Below are positions 30,471 to 43,804 of a stretch of 64,000 bases of DNA, in pieces. The translations under genes were made by a program, and so were the position numbers. Where the stretch lies: the NCBI GenBank assembly GCA_964035545.1, contig CAXIUT010000097.1, positions 556,001 through 620,000 of the forward strand. Direction: 5' to 3'. The notes beneath the pieces are model-generated. The model was given only the letters and a program-made list of their open reading frames with translations. It was not told the DNA's origin and ran no database searches. The DNA comes from Bugula neritina. Taxonomy: Eukaryota > Animalia > Bryozoa. How positions within the stretch are numbered: the stretch's first letter is position 1; every line of letters starts with the position of its first letter.

Positions 30471-32048
30471 AATACACAGTTAGTTTAAGGTCATACTCTT
30501 CAGTTTCTGGCTCTTTGCCAGGTGCTTTATGTTCTTATATGAACAATGTTCCACTGATAGCTCGAACTGGTTGAATGTCACAAAAACAAAAAAAATATGA
30601 AAGGATAAAGAAACTTATGTTCTCCAATATACTTTTTTATTTTTTCAAAAGCCAATTCATGTTCAAGTTGTAGCTTGTTGAAAAACATAGTCCCCTTCCA
30701 CATTCTTTTTAATTTATACGCTCCTGACTTGTTATTGCGTCTCAATATGCCTTGTATATAAGTGCCCGTTAGTCTCGCTTCACTAACTTTGCCTATACTT
30801 CACAAGTGCCAGTGCTGCTGGCTCAAAAGCTAAATGTTATAAACTGTCAGCTAAAACCCAATCTTGTATTCCTAAGTTGGTTGGCCTAAATAAAACAATA
30901 GTCAAATCATGATTTCATGTTTTAAAAATTTACTTTATTCTAACCTGCTGCCTAGCTAGTTCTATTTTTGATGTATAATTGTAGAATTTGTGATACATTT
31001 TTTGGCAACCATCCTAGTTATAAAATGCAGTAATGGTACTTATAATATTATATTATTATCACTATAATATATTATATAGTATTATGTGTGTTTTTATTAT
31101 ACTGCATAATATATATCAAATTATTGCTGTTGTGCAAACAAGTGCAATTAACCTAGTTTTCAAAATGTACCTCTAAATCATCAGAATATCAGTTTAGATA
31201 TTTTCATGCTTTGTTAGGTAAACCTAAAAAAAGAGGCTGTATTCCCAAAGTAAAGGGTGTTGAACTATGAACTATATTAGATTAGCCACTCTGCTACCAA
31301 GTGCATCAGTATAATATTATATGAATAGCTCTGATGCTTTGTCTCCGGTGGCTGGCTGCGATATAATAACTTGGCCAACTTCTAAGAGTTTAAAATTGGT
31401 GCAATTATTCAAGAGGTTACATACTGCACAGAGCTAGCTGTGATAGTAACCTTGCTATTGACAATACTTATTACAACTGCCAGCATATAAGCTGCATTGT
31501 AGAATACCGTTGGGGTAGGCTAGTAAAACCAAATTTTGCTCTCTAATATACCTTAGACACAACGCAGCAACATAATTTTCAGTTTCAAATTACATTGCAA
31601 CCCTTACATGAGCTGTGGGCTTCATAAAGATTCATATGTTTAGAGATTTATGCTATAGGCCCTACCTGTGCTAGTGTATGATGAAAATAACACACCATTG
31701 TCAAAGTTAACTTCAAGTATGTTGTTTTCCAGAAACTCAGTATTGTCCATTTATTTCTTGCATACAAATACTTATGTAATAGCATACAGTTTAAGTTTTA
31801 TTTTAGAGCACATCTGCGAACTCTACAATAAGCGCTTGCTTTACCAGTCTATTTCAGACCTGTTTTTGTAGCTAGTAATACGCAAGCTACTTATTTTCAA
31901 ACTTTTGGGTTATTTGTTCAAAACTATTAGCTCTGCTAGTAACCCGAGGCTATTGCAACAGTTCACTGCTGATCAACATGAATTGACAGCCTAATAATTA
32001 TAACCCATTTGCGCTCGGAATATTTATGTATTAATAGTTACTCATATA

Positions 32049-34236
32049 TAGTCCGGTGGCAAGTGCCTCAAAAGGTGCTTAGTTTTTAAGTTTCGTAAAA
32101 AAAATGATGTAGATACCTGGAAAAACACTTATCTGGGGTAAAATTTTATGCTGAAAAGCATGGTGGGGGTCTACCTTAACGTACCAGTAGCTTTGGGGGG
32201 GGTTAAAAAGCAATTTGAGCTCAGGCTATAACTTCCATCTAACTTTCCCCATTTCGTAAGCTCTATTATACTGTTCATACAACCAGTACAAAGACCACTA
32301 AAAGGTATCTATATTATGTGAGACAAAGCTCAATTTAGTCACCGATTTATCCTAAAGATGGGTATTCATCCTTTTACCCCAACTACTTTCCAAGTATAGA
32401 GAACTTAGGCTTAATATGCTAGTATAATGCAATATGTTCGACTACCCAGTAAGAGGTGATATAGAGCTGGTAACAATATTAGACATAATATGTATTTATT
32501 GTAATAAACTATGTATTTAAAAAGATTAAACTATGTAAATGAAGGCAACAGGAAGTAATTTGGTAAATGAGCTAAGGCTACAAAATGTGCCTCCTGAGTA
32601 GTTAGCGGATTAGATGCATGAAATACAAGAAATATAATAGTGACTAAATTACTCAAATTTGAAACAGATTGACAGCTAACTTGCAGCCATGCACTAGTTT
32701 CCAATAAGTTAGGAACTTAGTCTATCAATATGACTTCATGCTAGGTGTAGCATTCTGCAAAGATGAGGTTAATGACACTTAAAACTACTGAAATATTCAT
32801 GAACAAAATTGTAACCTTAAAAGTCAAATGCTTTATAAATTCCAAGGAATACAATCATGCTGAAAAACACTCATCTGGGTTGACATCATCATCCAAATCT
32901 TCATCAGAAGAAAGATTTTCAACCATTTTGTTCTCACAATTAAGGCAACTGCACAGTACTGTACATCGCAATTTATCTTGTACACACAAACATTTTCCAC
33001 CTTTACAGTTGGTCTTTTTGCAAGAACATTTCCTTGTTTTTAAGATGTCATTGGGTGCATGAGGCTCACTCAGCCATGCTATCTCAAGTTGTTCATCCAC
33101 AATCTTCCATCCTTGATTATCAGGACTTGGACAGTTCATGATGGGCATGAGAGCAGAGCGCCACACTTTAGTCTGGTAGTTTGCCCGTTTACAATGCAGA
33201 GTGAGTGCATCGTAATTAGGTGGCAAGGATCTGTCTGTCGCACTACCAGTTCTAAAAAGTGCGTATCTAGCATCACTGACCGAGCTTACTGCACTGTTGT
33301 AGATCTTGCAAACTAGGTTTTCAATGCCTTCTGGCACAACTGACAACTGAAAGTGTTGCCCGAAACCTGATAAGGCTTTGAGATGATTCTGGTCGCTCAG
33401 TGCTGTGATGGCAATTGACTTTTTGCCCTTTCCATAAAATCTGGAAGTAGTGTCGCACCCACTGAATGCGTGTAGGGCCGGTAAATTTCTAGACTTCTCA
33501 TCTCCTAACTGATCAGCAATTTCAGAGAGGCACACAAGTCTTTGATTTTTCCCTGAACCAGTAGCAAAAAAAACCTGTGCTGGAATCGAACTACAATGTG
33601 AAATGCCAATAACAGCTACATCAGTGTCTAGCATAGCATTGTGCATGGTAATATCTATGACTTTGCCTTGTATCACATTTTGATTTTTGACCTTCTGGAT
33701 CTAGACCTAGTTCATCAGACAAAAACTTGTTGGCAATAGCACACTCAGGCTGTTTTAGAGTTGGTAGCCAAGAGTTGGCAATTGCTTTTGTTTTTTCTAA
33801 CTTTTCTCCTTCCAATATCAGCAGTGTTTCATTTGCAATTTGTTTGTAATGAATAGCACATTCCATGATCAGCTAAAATCTGTTCATGCTTACAAACAGG
33901 AAATGAAAAAATATGGATGAATATTTGAACAGTTGTATTTAGCCTAAGTAATCGAAGTAAATTAAGGGGGGTCTATGTTAGCGTCCCGCTTATATTCTCT
34001 TCTTTGGATCAGAACCTTGACTATGTTTTTAAATTGAGAGCATAACTCCTAATACTTTGCTTTAAGAATTTCGGCTTTTAATTCTAAAAATTAAGGGTGA
34101 AAGCCACAACTAGGTTACGGTACAGTATTTTTTTCATGTTCAGCATATTTCAATTGACCAAAAAAGTGTTTCAGAAAGTATCTACATGACATTTTTTACG
34201 AACTTGAAAGATAAACCTCAGTTGCCACCAGTGTTA
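32049..34236 (-). mobile_element. Internally deleted Academ-type DNA transposon
   Basis: Absent from family-2 copy 2. Imperfect ~110-bp TIRs (TAGTCCGGTGGCAA...TTGCCACCAGTGTTA) enclose an XPG-like and Cys-rich ORF. Confidence 0.75.
32855..33676 (-). pseudogene. C-terminal part of an Academ-type protein (XPG/PIN-like nuclease segment plus C-terminal Cys-rich finger)
   Basis: DTDV, LHAFSGCDTTSRFYGKGKK, LPP..DAL..H..RANYQ..W, GW, and CSCKKTNCKGGKCLCVQDKLRCTVLCSCLNC. Open for 273 codons but the N-terminus is missing. Confidence 0.8.
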
Positions 34237-34240
34237 ACAC

Positions 34241-34321
34241 GACTTTGTGGTCCAGAGGTTAAAGGCGTCGGTGAGGAGGTGGTTGGTCATGGTTCAACCC
34301 TAGTAAGTAGCAATTTTTTTT
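34241..34321 (+). other. tRNA-like / Pol III promoter-like remnant inside family-2 transposon
   Basis: A-box-like TGGTCCAGAGGTTAA, B-box-like GGTTCAACCC, then a T-run. A more degenerate counterpart lies at 48152-48233. Confidence 0.4.
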
Positions 34322-35215
34322 CAATTTATGCAAATCCTACGCATGTATAATAAAGATGGCTATAATTGTAAAGTTTTTTTAACTTTTGTTATACAGTAAG
34401 ACAACATACATGCATAATAATTAGATACTGAACACTGGGCTGAACCTTAAATTGATCTTATAGAATACAATGTACTTAAAGTAATCACATGTGAATTAGA
34501 GAAACTGAAAGTAAACCTGCTGCACTATAGACAGACCTTTACTGACAATACTGCAAAGTGAAGTGATTTAGCTGAAATTTACTCTGCTAAACAAACAAAG
34601 AATTATGTTGTGCTGAGGCATTTTCAATAGATTGTAACATAGTGAGATGATTCAGCTAAGTGCTAATGTAAAACAGGGAACATTATATTGGCAGAAATCC
34701 AATAGATTGCCAATTTGTGCGAGAGGGTACTATATGTTATTGTGATAGCGCGCAGAGCGGCAAACGTACTAAGAATGTTATAATTAGTCACAGGAGCGTA
34801 GCTAGAACCATCATATGAAGAATTTAGAAAATTGCTGTGAAACTTGCAAAATGGTGTATGTTTTTACCAAATTGTGAAGAGCATAAACAGAATTTCAAAA
34901 AACAAAGAAAGTATATTAAAGAAAACATATCAAGGAATGTCAAGTTTAACTTTTAGACTTTATAAAATGAATCCCCTGTGCTGCGGCAGTGGAACATGAA
35001 GGGTGTAAAATTTAACTTATTATGCAACAACTTTCTCAGAAATTTTTTTATTAAAAATTAAAAAAAGTATATGAAAGAGGAATGCAAGAGCTATCTTTTC
35101 ATGTAAAATTTATTAATGTGAGACAAAACCTGTTCGAGCTATCCCCTGGAAACCGTTTATATATAACATAAAGCAGTGCCTGAATCTGGAAAGTAATGAC
35201 CTTAAACTAACTGTG

Positions 35216-36632
35216 TATGTTGCAAACTACTGAAATATACGGCAACATACTGCAACATATTGAAATGTACTGCAAAATACTGAAAAAAACTGCAAAAATA
35301 CTGAAATACACTGCAACAACTTAAAAGATACTGTAGGATACTGAAATATACTGAAACATACTGAAACATGCTGCAATAAACCTAAATATACCGAAACATA
35401 CTGGAATAAACTGTGACACACTAAAATATACTGCAACATACAAAAAAAACTGCAACTGTGCAACATAATGAAATATACTGCAAAAATACTGAGATATACT
35501 GCAACAACTTAAAAAATACTGTAGGATACAGAAATATACTAAAACATACTGAAACATCCTGCAACATACCTAAACATTCCGGAATATACTGAAATAAACT
35601 CTGACACACTGAAATATATTGCAACAGACTGAAATAAACTGCGACATACTGAATTATACTGCAACATACTGAAATATACTGCAACATATTGAAGTATAAC
35701 GTAATATAGGGACATGTACTGAAACATACTGAAACATACTGAAACATACTGAAACATAATGAAATACACTGTAAAATATTGAAATACAGTGCAACACATT
35801 GAAATATACTGCAACACACTGAAACATACGGCAGCATTCCGAAATATACTGCGACACAGTGAAATCTACTGCAACACCCTGAAATATACTGCAACATATT
35901 GCAACATACTGAAATACACTGTAACATACTTAAATGCACTGCAACACATTGGAATGAACTGCAACATACCTAAATATACGGTAATATACTGAAATATACT
36001 GTAACACATTGAAATGTAATGCAACATACCGAAATATATGGTAACCTACTGAAATATGTGGCAAACTACTGAAATATACAACCACATACTGCAACATAAT
36101 GAAATATACTGTAACACACTGAAATATACTGCAAAATACTGAAATATACTGTAACACACTGAAACATATTGCAACATACTGAAATATACTGCAACATACT
36201 GAAACATAATGAAATACACTGTAAGATATTGAAATACACTGCAACACATTGAAATATACTGCAACACACTGAAACATACGGCAGCATTCTGAAATATACT
36301 GCGACACAGTGAAATATACTGCAACATCCTGAAATATACTGCAACATACTGAAATTTACTGCAACCTATTGCAACTTACTGAAATGCACTGTAACATGCT
36401 TAAATGCACTGCAACACATTGGAATGAACTGCAACATACCTAAATATACGGTAATATGCTGAAATATACTGTAACACATTGAAATGTACTGCAACATACC
36501 GAAATATATGGTAACCTACTGAAATATGTGGCAAACTACTGAAATATACAGCCACATACTGCAACATAATGAAATATACTGTAACACACTGAAATATACT
36601 GCAAAATACGGAAATATACTGTAACACACTGT
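35216..36632 (+). repeat. Satellite A
   Basis: Decamer array with an internal ~480-bp duplication (35930-36150 vs 36410-36630). Confidence 0.95.
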
Positions 36633-36635
36633 AAC

Positions 36636-37175
36636 TATTTTAGTATGTTGTAGTATATTTTAGTATGTTGCAGTATTTTTCAGAATGTTACGTCATATTT
36701 CAATATATTGCAATATGTTTCAGTATGCCACAGTATAATTCAGTACGTCGCAGTATCTTTCAGTATGTTGCATTATACTTTTGTGTGTCACAGTTCATTC
36801 CAGTATGTTCTGGTATATTTAAGTATGTTGCAGCATGTTTCAGTATGTTTCAGTATATTTCAGTATCATACAGTAACTTTTAAGTTGTTGAAGTATATTT
36901 CAGTATTTTTGCAGTATCTTTCATTATGTAGCACATTTGCAGTATTTTTCGGTATGTTTCAGTACATTTCAGTATGTTGCCGTATGTTTCAGTATGTTAC
37001 TGTAAATTTCTGTATAATATAGTATACTTCAGTGTGTTGCAGTGTATTTCAGTATGCTACAGCATATTTCAGTATGTTCTCGTATGTTTCAGTTTATTGC
37101 AGTGTCTTTCGATCTGTTGCAGTGTATTTCAATATGTTACAGTGTATTTCGGTACGTTGCAGTATGCTCATATTT
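36636..37175 (-). repeat. Satellite A, inverted orientation
   Basis: TATTTCAGTA / TGTTGCAGTA decamers, the reverse complement of satellite A. Confidence 0.93.
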
Positions 37176-40100
37176 TAAGTATTTTTTAGCACATTTGGGC
37201 ACTGTTTTAGCACATTTAGGCACTGTTAAACACATTTGTTTTGTTTGTAGCACTATTGGGTGTGTTTCAGTACTTCTGGGCATTTATTGGTACTATTGGC
37301 ATATTTGGTTAAATTTAGCACATTTGGGCACCGTTAAGCACATTTGTTCTGTTTGTAGCACTATTGGGTTTGTTTCATTGTTTCTGGGCACTAATTGCTA
37401 CTCTTAGCATTTTAGGCTCAATTAAGCACATTTGAGCATGTTTTAGCACATTTGGGAACTGTTAAGCAAATTTGTTCTGTTTGTCGCACTATTGGGTGCC
37501 TTTCAGTACTTCTGAGCACTTATTGATACTATTAGCATATATGGATAAATTTAGCATATTTGGGCATTGTTTCAGCCCATTTGGCACTGTATTAGCACAT
37601 TTGGGCATTCTTTTAGCACATTTGGGCACTGTTAAGCATATTTGTTTTGTTTGCAGCACTATTGGGTGCGTTTCAGTACTTTTGGGAACTTATTGGTACT
37701 ATTAGCATATTTGGCTCAATTTAGCACATTTGGGCACTGTTTTAGCACATTTGGGCACTGTTTTAGCACATTTAGGCACTGTTAAACGCATTTGTTCTGT
37801 TTGTAGCACTATTGGGTGCGTTTCAGTACTTCTGGGCACTTTTTGGTACTATTGGCATATTTGAATAAATTTAGCACATTTGGAAACTGTTAAGCACATT
37901 TGGGCAGTGTTAAGCACATTTGTTCTGTTTGTATCACTATTGGGTGCGTTTCAGTACTTCTGAGCACTTATTGATACTGTTAGCGTATTTGGCTCAAATT
38001 AGCACATTTTTGCATGTTTTAGCTCATTTTGGCACGTTTTAGCTCATTTCGGCACTGTTAAGCACATTTGTTCTGTTTGTAGCACTATTGGGTGCGTTTC
38101 AGTATTTCTGGGCACTACTTGATACTCTTAGCATATTTGGCTCAATTAAACACATTTGAGCACGTTTTAGCACATTTGGGCACTATTTTAGCACATTTAG
38201 GCACTGTTAAACACATTTGTTCTGTTTGTAGAACTATTAGGTGTGTTTCAGTACTTCTGGGCACTTATTTGCACTAATAGCATATTTGGCTCAATTTAGC
38301 ACATTTTGGCACTGTTTTAGCACATTTGGGCACTGTTAAGCACATTTGTTCTGTTTGTAGCACTATTCACAGGATAGTTAAGGGCAACCTTTTTTAGCTG
38401 CAACTGCCTTGCTGAGGTTTGCATTGTAATCATATAAGAATTCAGTACCAGTAAAATAAAATCTCACCTAATTGTGCTAGAGTCAAAATTTAAAAACTAT
38501 GTTGTAGATCTTCTTTTTCCCCAGTGTAAGTTTTTTGGAAGTTTCAATTTTCATTTTTTTGCAAAGTTATAGACAAGAAACTGCCCAATTTTGGCCAATT
38601 TTGCCTGAAAAGCTGACTTTTCAGTACCAGTAAAATATCTCAGCAGGAAAATATGACATCTGAATAAAAATTGCACTGCTGGAATTCTGAGATATTTCTC
38701 CAGTGTAATTTTTTTTCTTTTTCCAATAACTCTTCTAGATTGCCCATAAATTGGTGATCTATACCTGAAAATGCTATATTTTTTCATAGAAAATTAGCAG
38801 CACGCAGTACTTCACGCTTCAATGAGCACGTAGGGATGAGAAGATATTGGCGCATACATACTAATTACAGGCTTGCTAGCTGGCAGACTATAATGGATAG
38901 CTCGCTTTGTACTTTGTTTATGTAGCACCCATAATGAAATGTTGATAGAGTACGCAGCCCTAATGAAGGTTGCTGCTTATTGGTTGTAGTTTGATGTTAG
39001 GCTAAACAATTACAAGTAGGCAACACGCATGCCACCCACGGAGCCATATTACTCAAGAACCTAAACTACATTTTGAGAGAAATTTATGATATTCTTAGTG
39101 AGGATGCCCTTAACTATCCTGTGTTGGGTGCGTTTCAGTACTTGTGGGGACTTATTGGTACTATTACCATCTTTGGCTCAATTTATCACATCTGGGCATG
39201 TTTTAACCCATCTTGGCATGTTTTAGCACATTTGGGCACTGTTGAGCACACTCGTTCTACTATTAGCACTAATGGGCACATCTCAGAACCTTTGGGAACT
39301 TATTGGTACTATTAGCATATTTGACCTAATTTAGCACATTTGGGCATGTCTTAGCCCATTTCCAATGTCTTAGCACAATTTGGCACTGTTAAGCACACTA
39401 GTTCTACTATTAGCACTATTGGGCTTGTTTCAGGATTTCTGGGCAGTTATTGTTACTATTAGCATATTTGGCTCAATTTAGCACATTTGGACATGTTTTA
39501 GCACATTTGGGCACTGTTGAGCACACTCGTTCTACTATTAGCACTATTAGGCACATTACAGAACGTCGGGCCACTTATTGGTACTATTAGAACATTTGGC
39601 TCAATTAGGACATTTGGGTATATTTCAGCACATTCGGGCACTTTTAAGCAGACTAGTTCTACTGTTAGCACTATTAGCACGTTTCAGAACCTCTGCGCAC
39701 TTATTAGTACTATTAGCATACTGGGATCAATTTAGCAATTTTGGGCATGTTTTAGCTTATTTGGGCCTGTTTCAACACATTTGCGTAATGTTAAGCACAC
39801 TAGTTCCACTATTAGCACTATTGGGCACATTTCAGAATCTCTGGGCACTTATTAGTACTAATAGTGTATTTTGCTCAATTCAGCACATTTTGGCATGTTT
39901 TAGCACATTTGGGCATGTTTTAGCACAATTGGACACTGTTAGGCACACTAGTTCTACTATTAGCACTATTGGGCCGGTTTCAGGATTTCTTGCCAGTTAT
40001 TGTTACTATTAGCATATTTGGCTCAATTTAGCACATTTGGACATGTTTTAGCACATTTGGGCACTGTTAAGCACATTTGGGTATTGTTAAACACACCATG

Positions 40101-41160
40101 TTCCTCATTAGCACTATTGGGTTTGTTTTAGAATTTCTGGGCAGTTATTGTTACTATTAGCATATTTGGCTTAATTTAGCACATTTGGGCATGTTTTAGC
40201 ACATTTGGGCACTGTAAAGCACACTAGTTTTACTATTAGCACTATTGGGCACATTTCTGAACGTCGGGCCACTTATGGGTACTATTAGAACATTTGGCTC
40301 AATTAGGACATTTGGGTATATTTCAGCACATTCGGGCACTTTTAAGCAGACTAGTTCTACTGTTAGCACTATTAGCACGTTTCAGAACCTCTGCGCACTT
40401 ATTCGTACTATTAGCATACTGGGATCAATTTAGCAATTTTGGGCATGTTTTAGCTTATTTGGGCCTGTTTCAACACATTTGCGCAATGTTAAGCACACTA
40501 GTTCCACTATTAGCACTATTGGGCACATTTCAGAATCTCTGGGCACTTATTAGTACTAATAGTGTATTTTGCTCAATTCAGCACATTTTGGCATGTTTTA
40601 GCACATTTGGGCATGTTTTAGCACAGTTGGGCATGTTTTAGCACAGTTGGGTGGGTTTTAGCACATTTGGACACTGTTAGGCACACTAGTTCTACTATTA
40701 GCACTATTGGGCCGGTTTCAGGATTTCTGGGCAGTTATTGTTACTATTAGCATATTTGGCTCAATTTAGCACATTTGGACATGTTTTAGCACATTTGGGC
40801 ACTGTTAAGCACATTTGGGTATTGTTAAACACACCATGTTCCTCATTAGCACTATTGGGTTTGTTTTAGAATTTCTGGGCAGTTATTGTTACTATTAGCA
40901 TATTTGGCTTAATTTAGCACATTTGGGCATGTTTTAGCACATTTGGGCACTGTAAGGCACACTAGTTTTACTATTAGCACCATTGGGCACATTTCAGAAC
41001 CTTTTGGCACTTATTGGTAGTAGTAGCATATTTGGCTCTATTTAACACATTCTGGCATGTCTTAGCTCATTTTGGCATGTTTTAGCACATTTGAGCACTG
41101 TCGAGCACACTCGTTCTACTATTAGCACTATTGGGCACGTTTCACAACTCCTGGGCACTT
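37176..41160. repeat. Satellite B: 10/20-bp-period array (TTAGCACATT / TGGGCACTGT) with ~700-bp higher-order duplication
   Basis: Repeated TTTTAGCACATTTGGGCACTGTT. The block at 39498 recurs at 40196 (offset 698). Interrupted by family-1 copy 2. Confidence 0.95.
38368..39123. mobile_element. DNA transposon family 1, copy 2
   Basis: Same 19-bp TIRs; TSD TT. Excision restores the satellite-B motif CACTATTGGGTGCG. Confidence 0.93.
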
Positions 41161-42500
41161 ACTGGAATATACTGTAAAATACAAAAATATGCTGTTATAC
41201 ACTGAAAGGTGTTCTAACATACTGAAATATACTGTTATACACCGAATTTCACTGTAGGTTTTTCTGAAATCAGCTGTAATATACTAAATTATACTGCAAC
41301 ATACTGAAATACATTGTATCATACTCGAATATACTGTAAAATACTGATCTATACTGTAAAACACCTAAATATACTGCAAAAAACTGAAATATACTGCAAC
41401 ATACTGAAATATATTGTAACATACTGAAGTATACCAGTACATACTGGATTATATGCTAAAATACTGAATTATACAGTAACATACTCAAATATACCATAAC
41501 TTACTGAAATGACTATAACATACTGAAATATACTGTTACATACTGAAGTATACTGTAACATACTGAAATATATTGTAACATATTGAAATAAATTGTAACA
41601 TACTGAAATAGACTGCAACATGCTGAAATATACTGTAGAAGACCTGAATATACTGCAAAATGCTCAAATATACTGAATTATAGTGAAATATGCCGAAACT
41701 TACTGGAATATACTATAAAATACAACAATATGCTGTAATACACTGAAATATACTGTAGCATTCTGAGATATAATGTATACACACTGAAGTATACTGAAGT
41801 ACACTGTAACATACTGAAATATATTGCAACATACTGAAATATACTGTAACATATTGAAATAAACTGTAACATACTGAAATATACTGCAACATACTGAAAT
41901 ACACTGCAAAATACTGGAACATACTTAAATATATTGTAACATACTGAAATATACTGTAACATATTGAAATAAACTGTAACATACTGAAATATACTGCAAC
42001 ATACTGAAATACACTGCAAAATACTGAAATACACTGTGACATACTGAAATATACTGAAACATACTGCAACATACTGAACTGTACTGAAATATACTGGAAC
42101 ATGATGAAGTGTACCAGAACATACTGGATTATGCTGTAAAATACTGAATTATATTATAACACCTTGAAATATACTGTAACATACTGAAATTGAATGTGAT
42201 ATACTGGAAGATACTGCAACATACTGAAATATACTGCAGCATACTGATATACACTGCAACACACCGATCTATACTGTAAAACACCTAAATATACTGCAAA
42301 AAACTGAAATATGCTGTAACCTATTAAAATATACAAAAACATACTGAAATATACTGCAACATACTGAAATATATTGTAACATACTGAAGTATACCAGAAC
42401 ATACTGGATTATGCTGTAAAATACTGAATTATATTATAACACCTTGAAATATACTGTAACATACTGAAATATACTGTAACAAACTGAAATATATTGTAAC
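41161..42500 (+). repeat. Satellite A (diverged)
   Basis: TACTGAAATA / TACTGTAACA decamers. Confidence 0.93.
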
Positions 42501-43804
42501 CACAGTTAATTTAAGGTCATGCTTTTTCAGTTTCTGGTTTTTTGTCAGGTATTTTACGTTCTATATAAACAATGTTCCACTGATAGCTCGAACAGGTTGA
42601 ATGTTACAGGAACAAAAAAATATGAAAAGATAAAAAAACTTATCTTCTCCAATATACTTTTTTTTCAAAAGTCAATTCATGTTTAAGTTATCGCTTGTTG
42701 AAAAACATAGTCCCCCTTTCACATTCTTTCTAATTTATGCACTCCTGACATGTATTGTATCTCAATATACTGTAGTTGAGTGCTTGTTAGTCTTGCTTCA
42801 CTACCTTTGTTTATTGTATGGCAGAAAAACACCAATTTTTGACTTAGGTTCGCACCCCCGGATAAAGTTTTTTTCTCTTCTGATTATTCAAATATAGGGT
42901 CTATGTAAATGTTTCCAGGTGAGTGTGGACTTCTTACCCTTGAGCATTTTGAGAAATTCAAGATGGCCACCAGGCACCAGACGATTCTTTATAATTCAAA
43001 TGTATCTACCCATCGAGGCTAAATTTAAGGTTCCAATGCTTTGGAATATTTGGAAATTAATATAATAAAGATGCATGTGCCTTTATCATGTGTATTATTG
43101 AGTAATAGGCAAATGATTCCCAAGGGTAACTAAGCTAAGCCCTAATCATTCATTTTTTTAAGTTTAACCTAGCCTTCCCGTGTTTATAATTTTTCCTTGC
43201 ATCTCTGCATCAGTTTGTTCTAAATTCATGAAAATTATACTGTATGGGGTGATTTTAGATGTTGATTACAAATATGTCCAACAAATAAAGCTGAAAGGGG
43301 TTCTGCAAAATTGAAATGCAACGTCATTGTCATTTGAGCTAAATAGCAATTTATTTCAAACTAGCATGACTATCAAAAAAGTTTGTTGAGCTGCCAATTT
43401 AATAGTTATTTTCAGTTTTAAAACTTTAGCCATGTTTTTTAAAGTTAGAAAAAGGGGTCAACAACCTTAATAACACAACACCATGACTTCTTAACATAAT
43501 TTAATTGCTCTATTATTGACACATCATTTATCTAAATATTGATATTTTTGCTTTCAAAAACTACTTCTACTATCAGCACATTTGACATTTTCTTTAAAAA
43601 CATTTGTAAACAGTTTTTTATGAATGAGAATCTAGTTTATGCTATGGGAAGTAATACATCATTTAGAACAGTGGTTCCTTGCCTATTTCATACCAATCTC
43701 CTTTCATAAAAGTTTACTATTAGTTTCTCCACTTTAATGACCTATGTTTAGTGCAATGGAACACTAATGGTTAAAACGGATTTGGTTAAAGTAGTTAATT
43801 CTAC

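Larger units (their letters stand above)
30475..35215. mobile_element. Non-autonomous DNA transposon family 2 (CACAG ends, ~2.55-kb core), copy 1, carrying a nested Academ relic
   Basis: 20-bp TIR CACAGTTAGTTTAAGGTCAT / ATGACCTTAAACTAACTGTG, extending imperfectly for about 140 bp; TSD TA; colinear with 42501-49142. Confidence 0.92.

Noticed and set aside
30475-30495. RAG/Transib RSS-like end (CACAGTT resembles heptamer CACAGTG)
   Set aside because: TSDs are 2 bp rather than 5 bp, there is no nonamer at 12/23 spacing, and no RAG1-like coding sequence is present.
32855-33676. Host gene such as FEN1/XPG, or a tesmin/CXC protein
   Set aside because: It is N-terminally truncated, bounded by TIRs and absent from the sister copy of the surrounding element, which fits a transposon protein.
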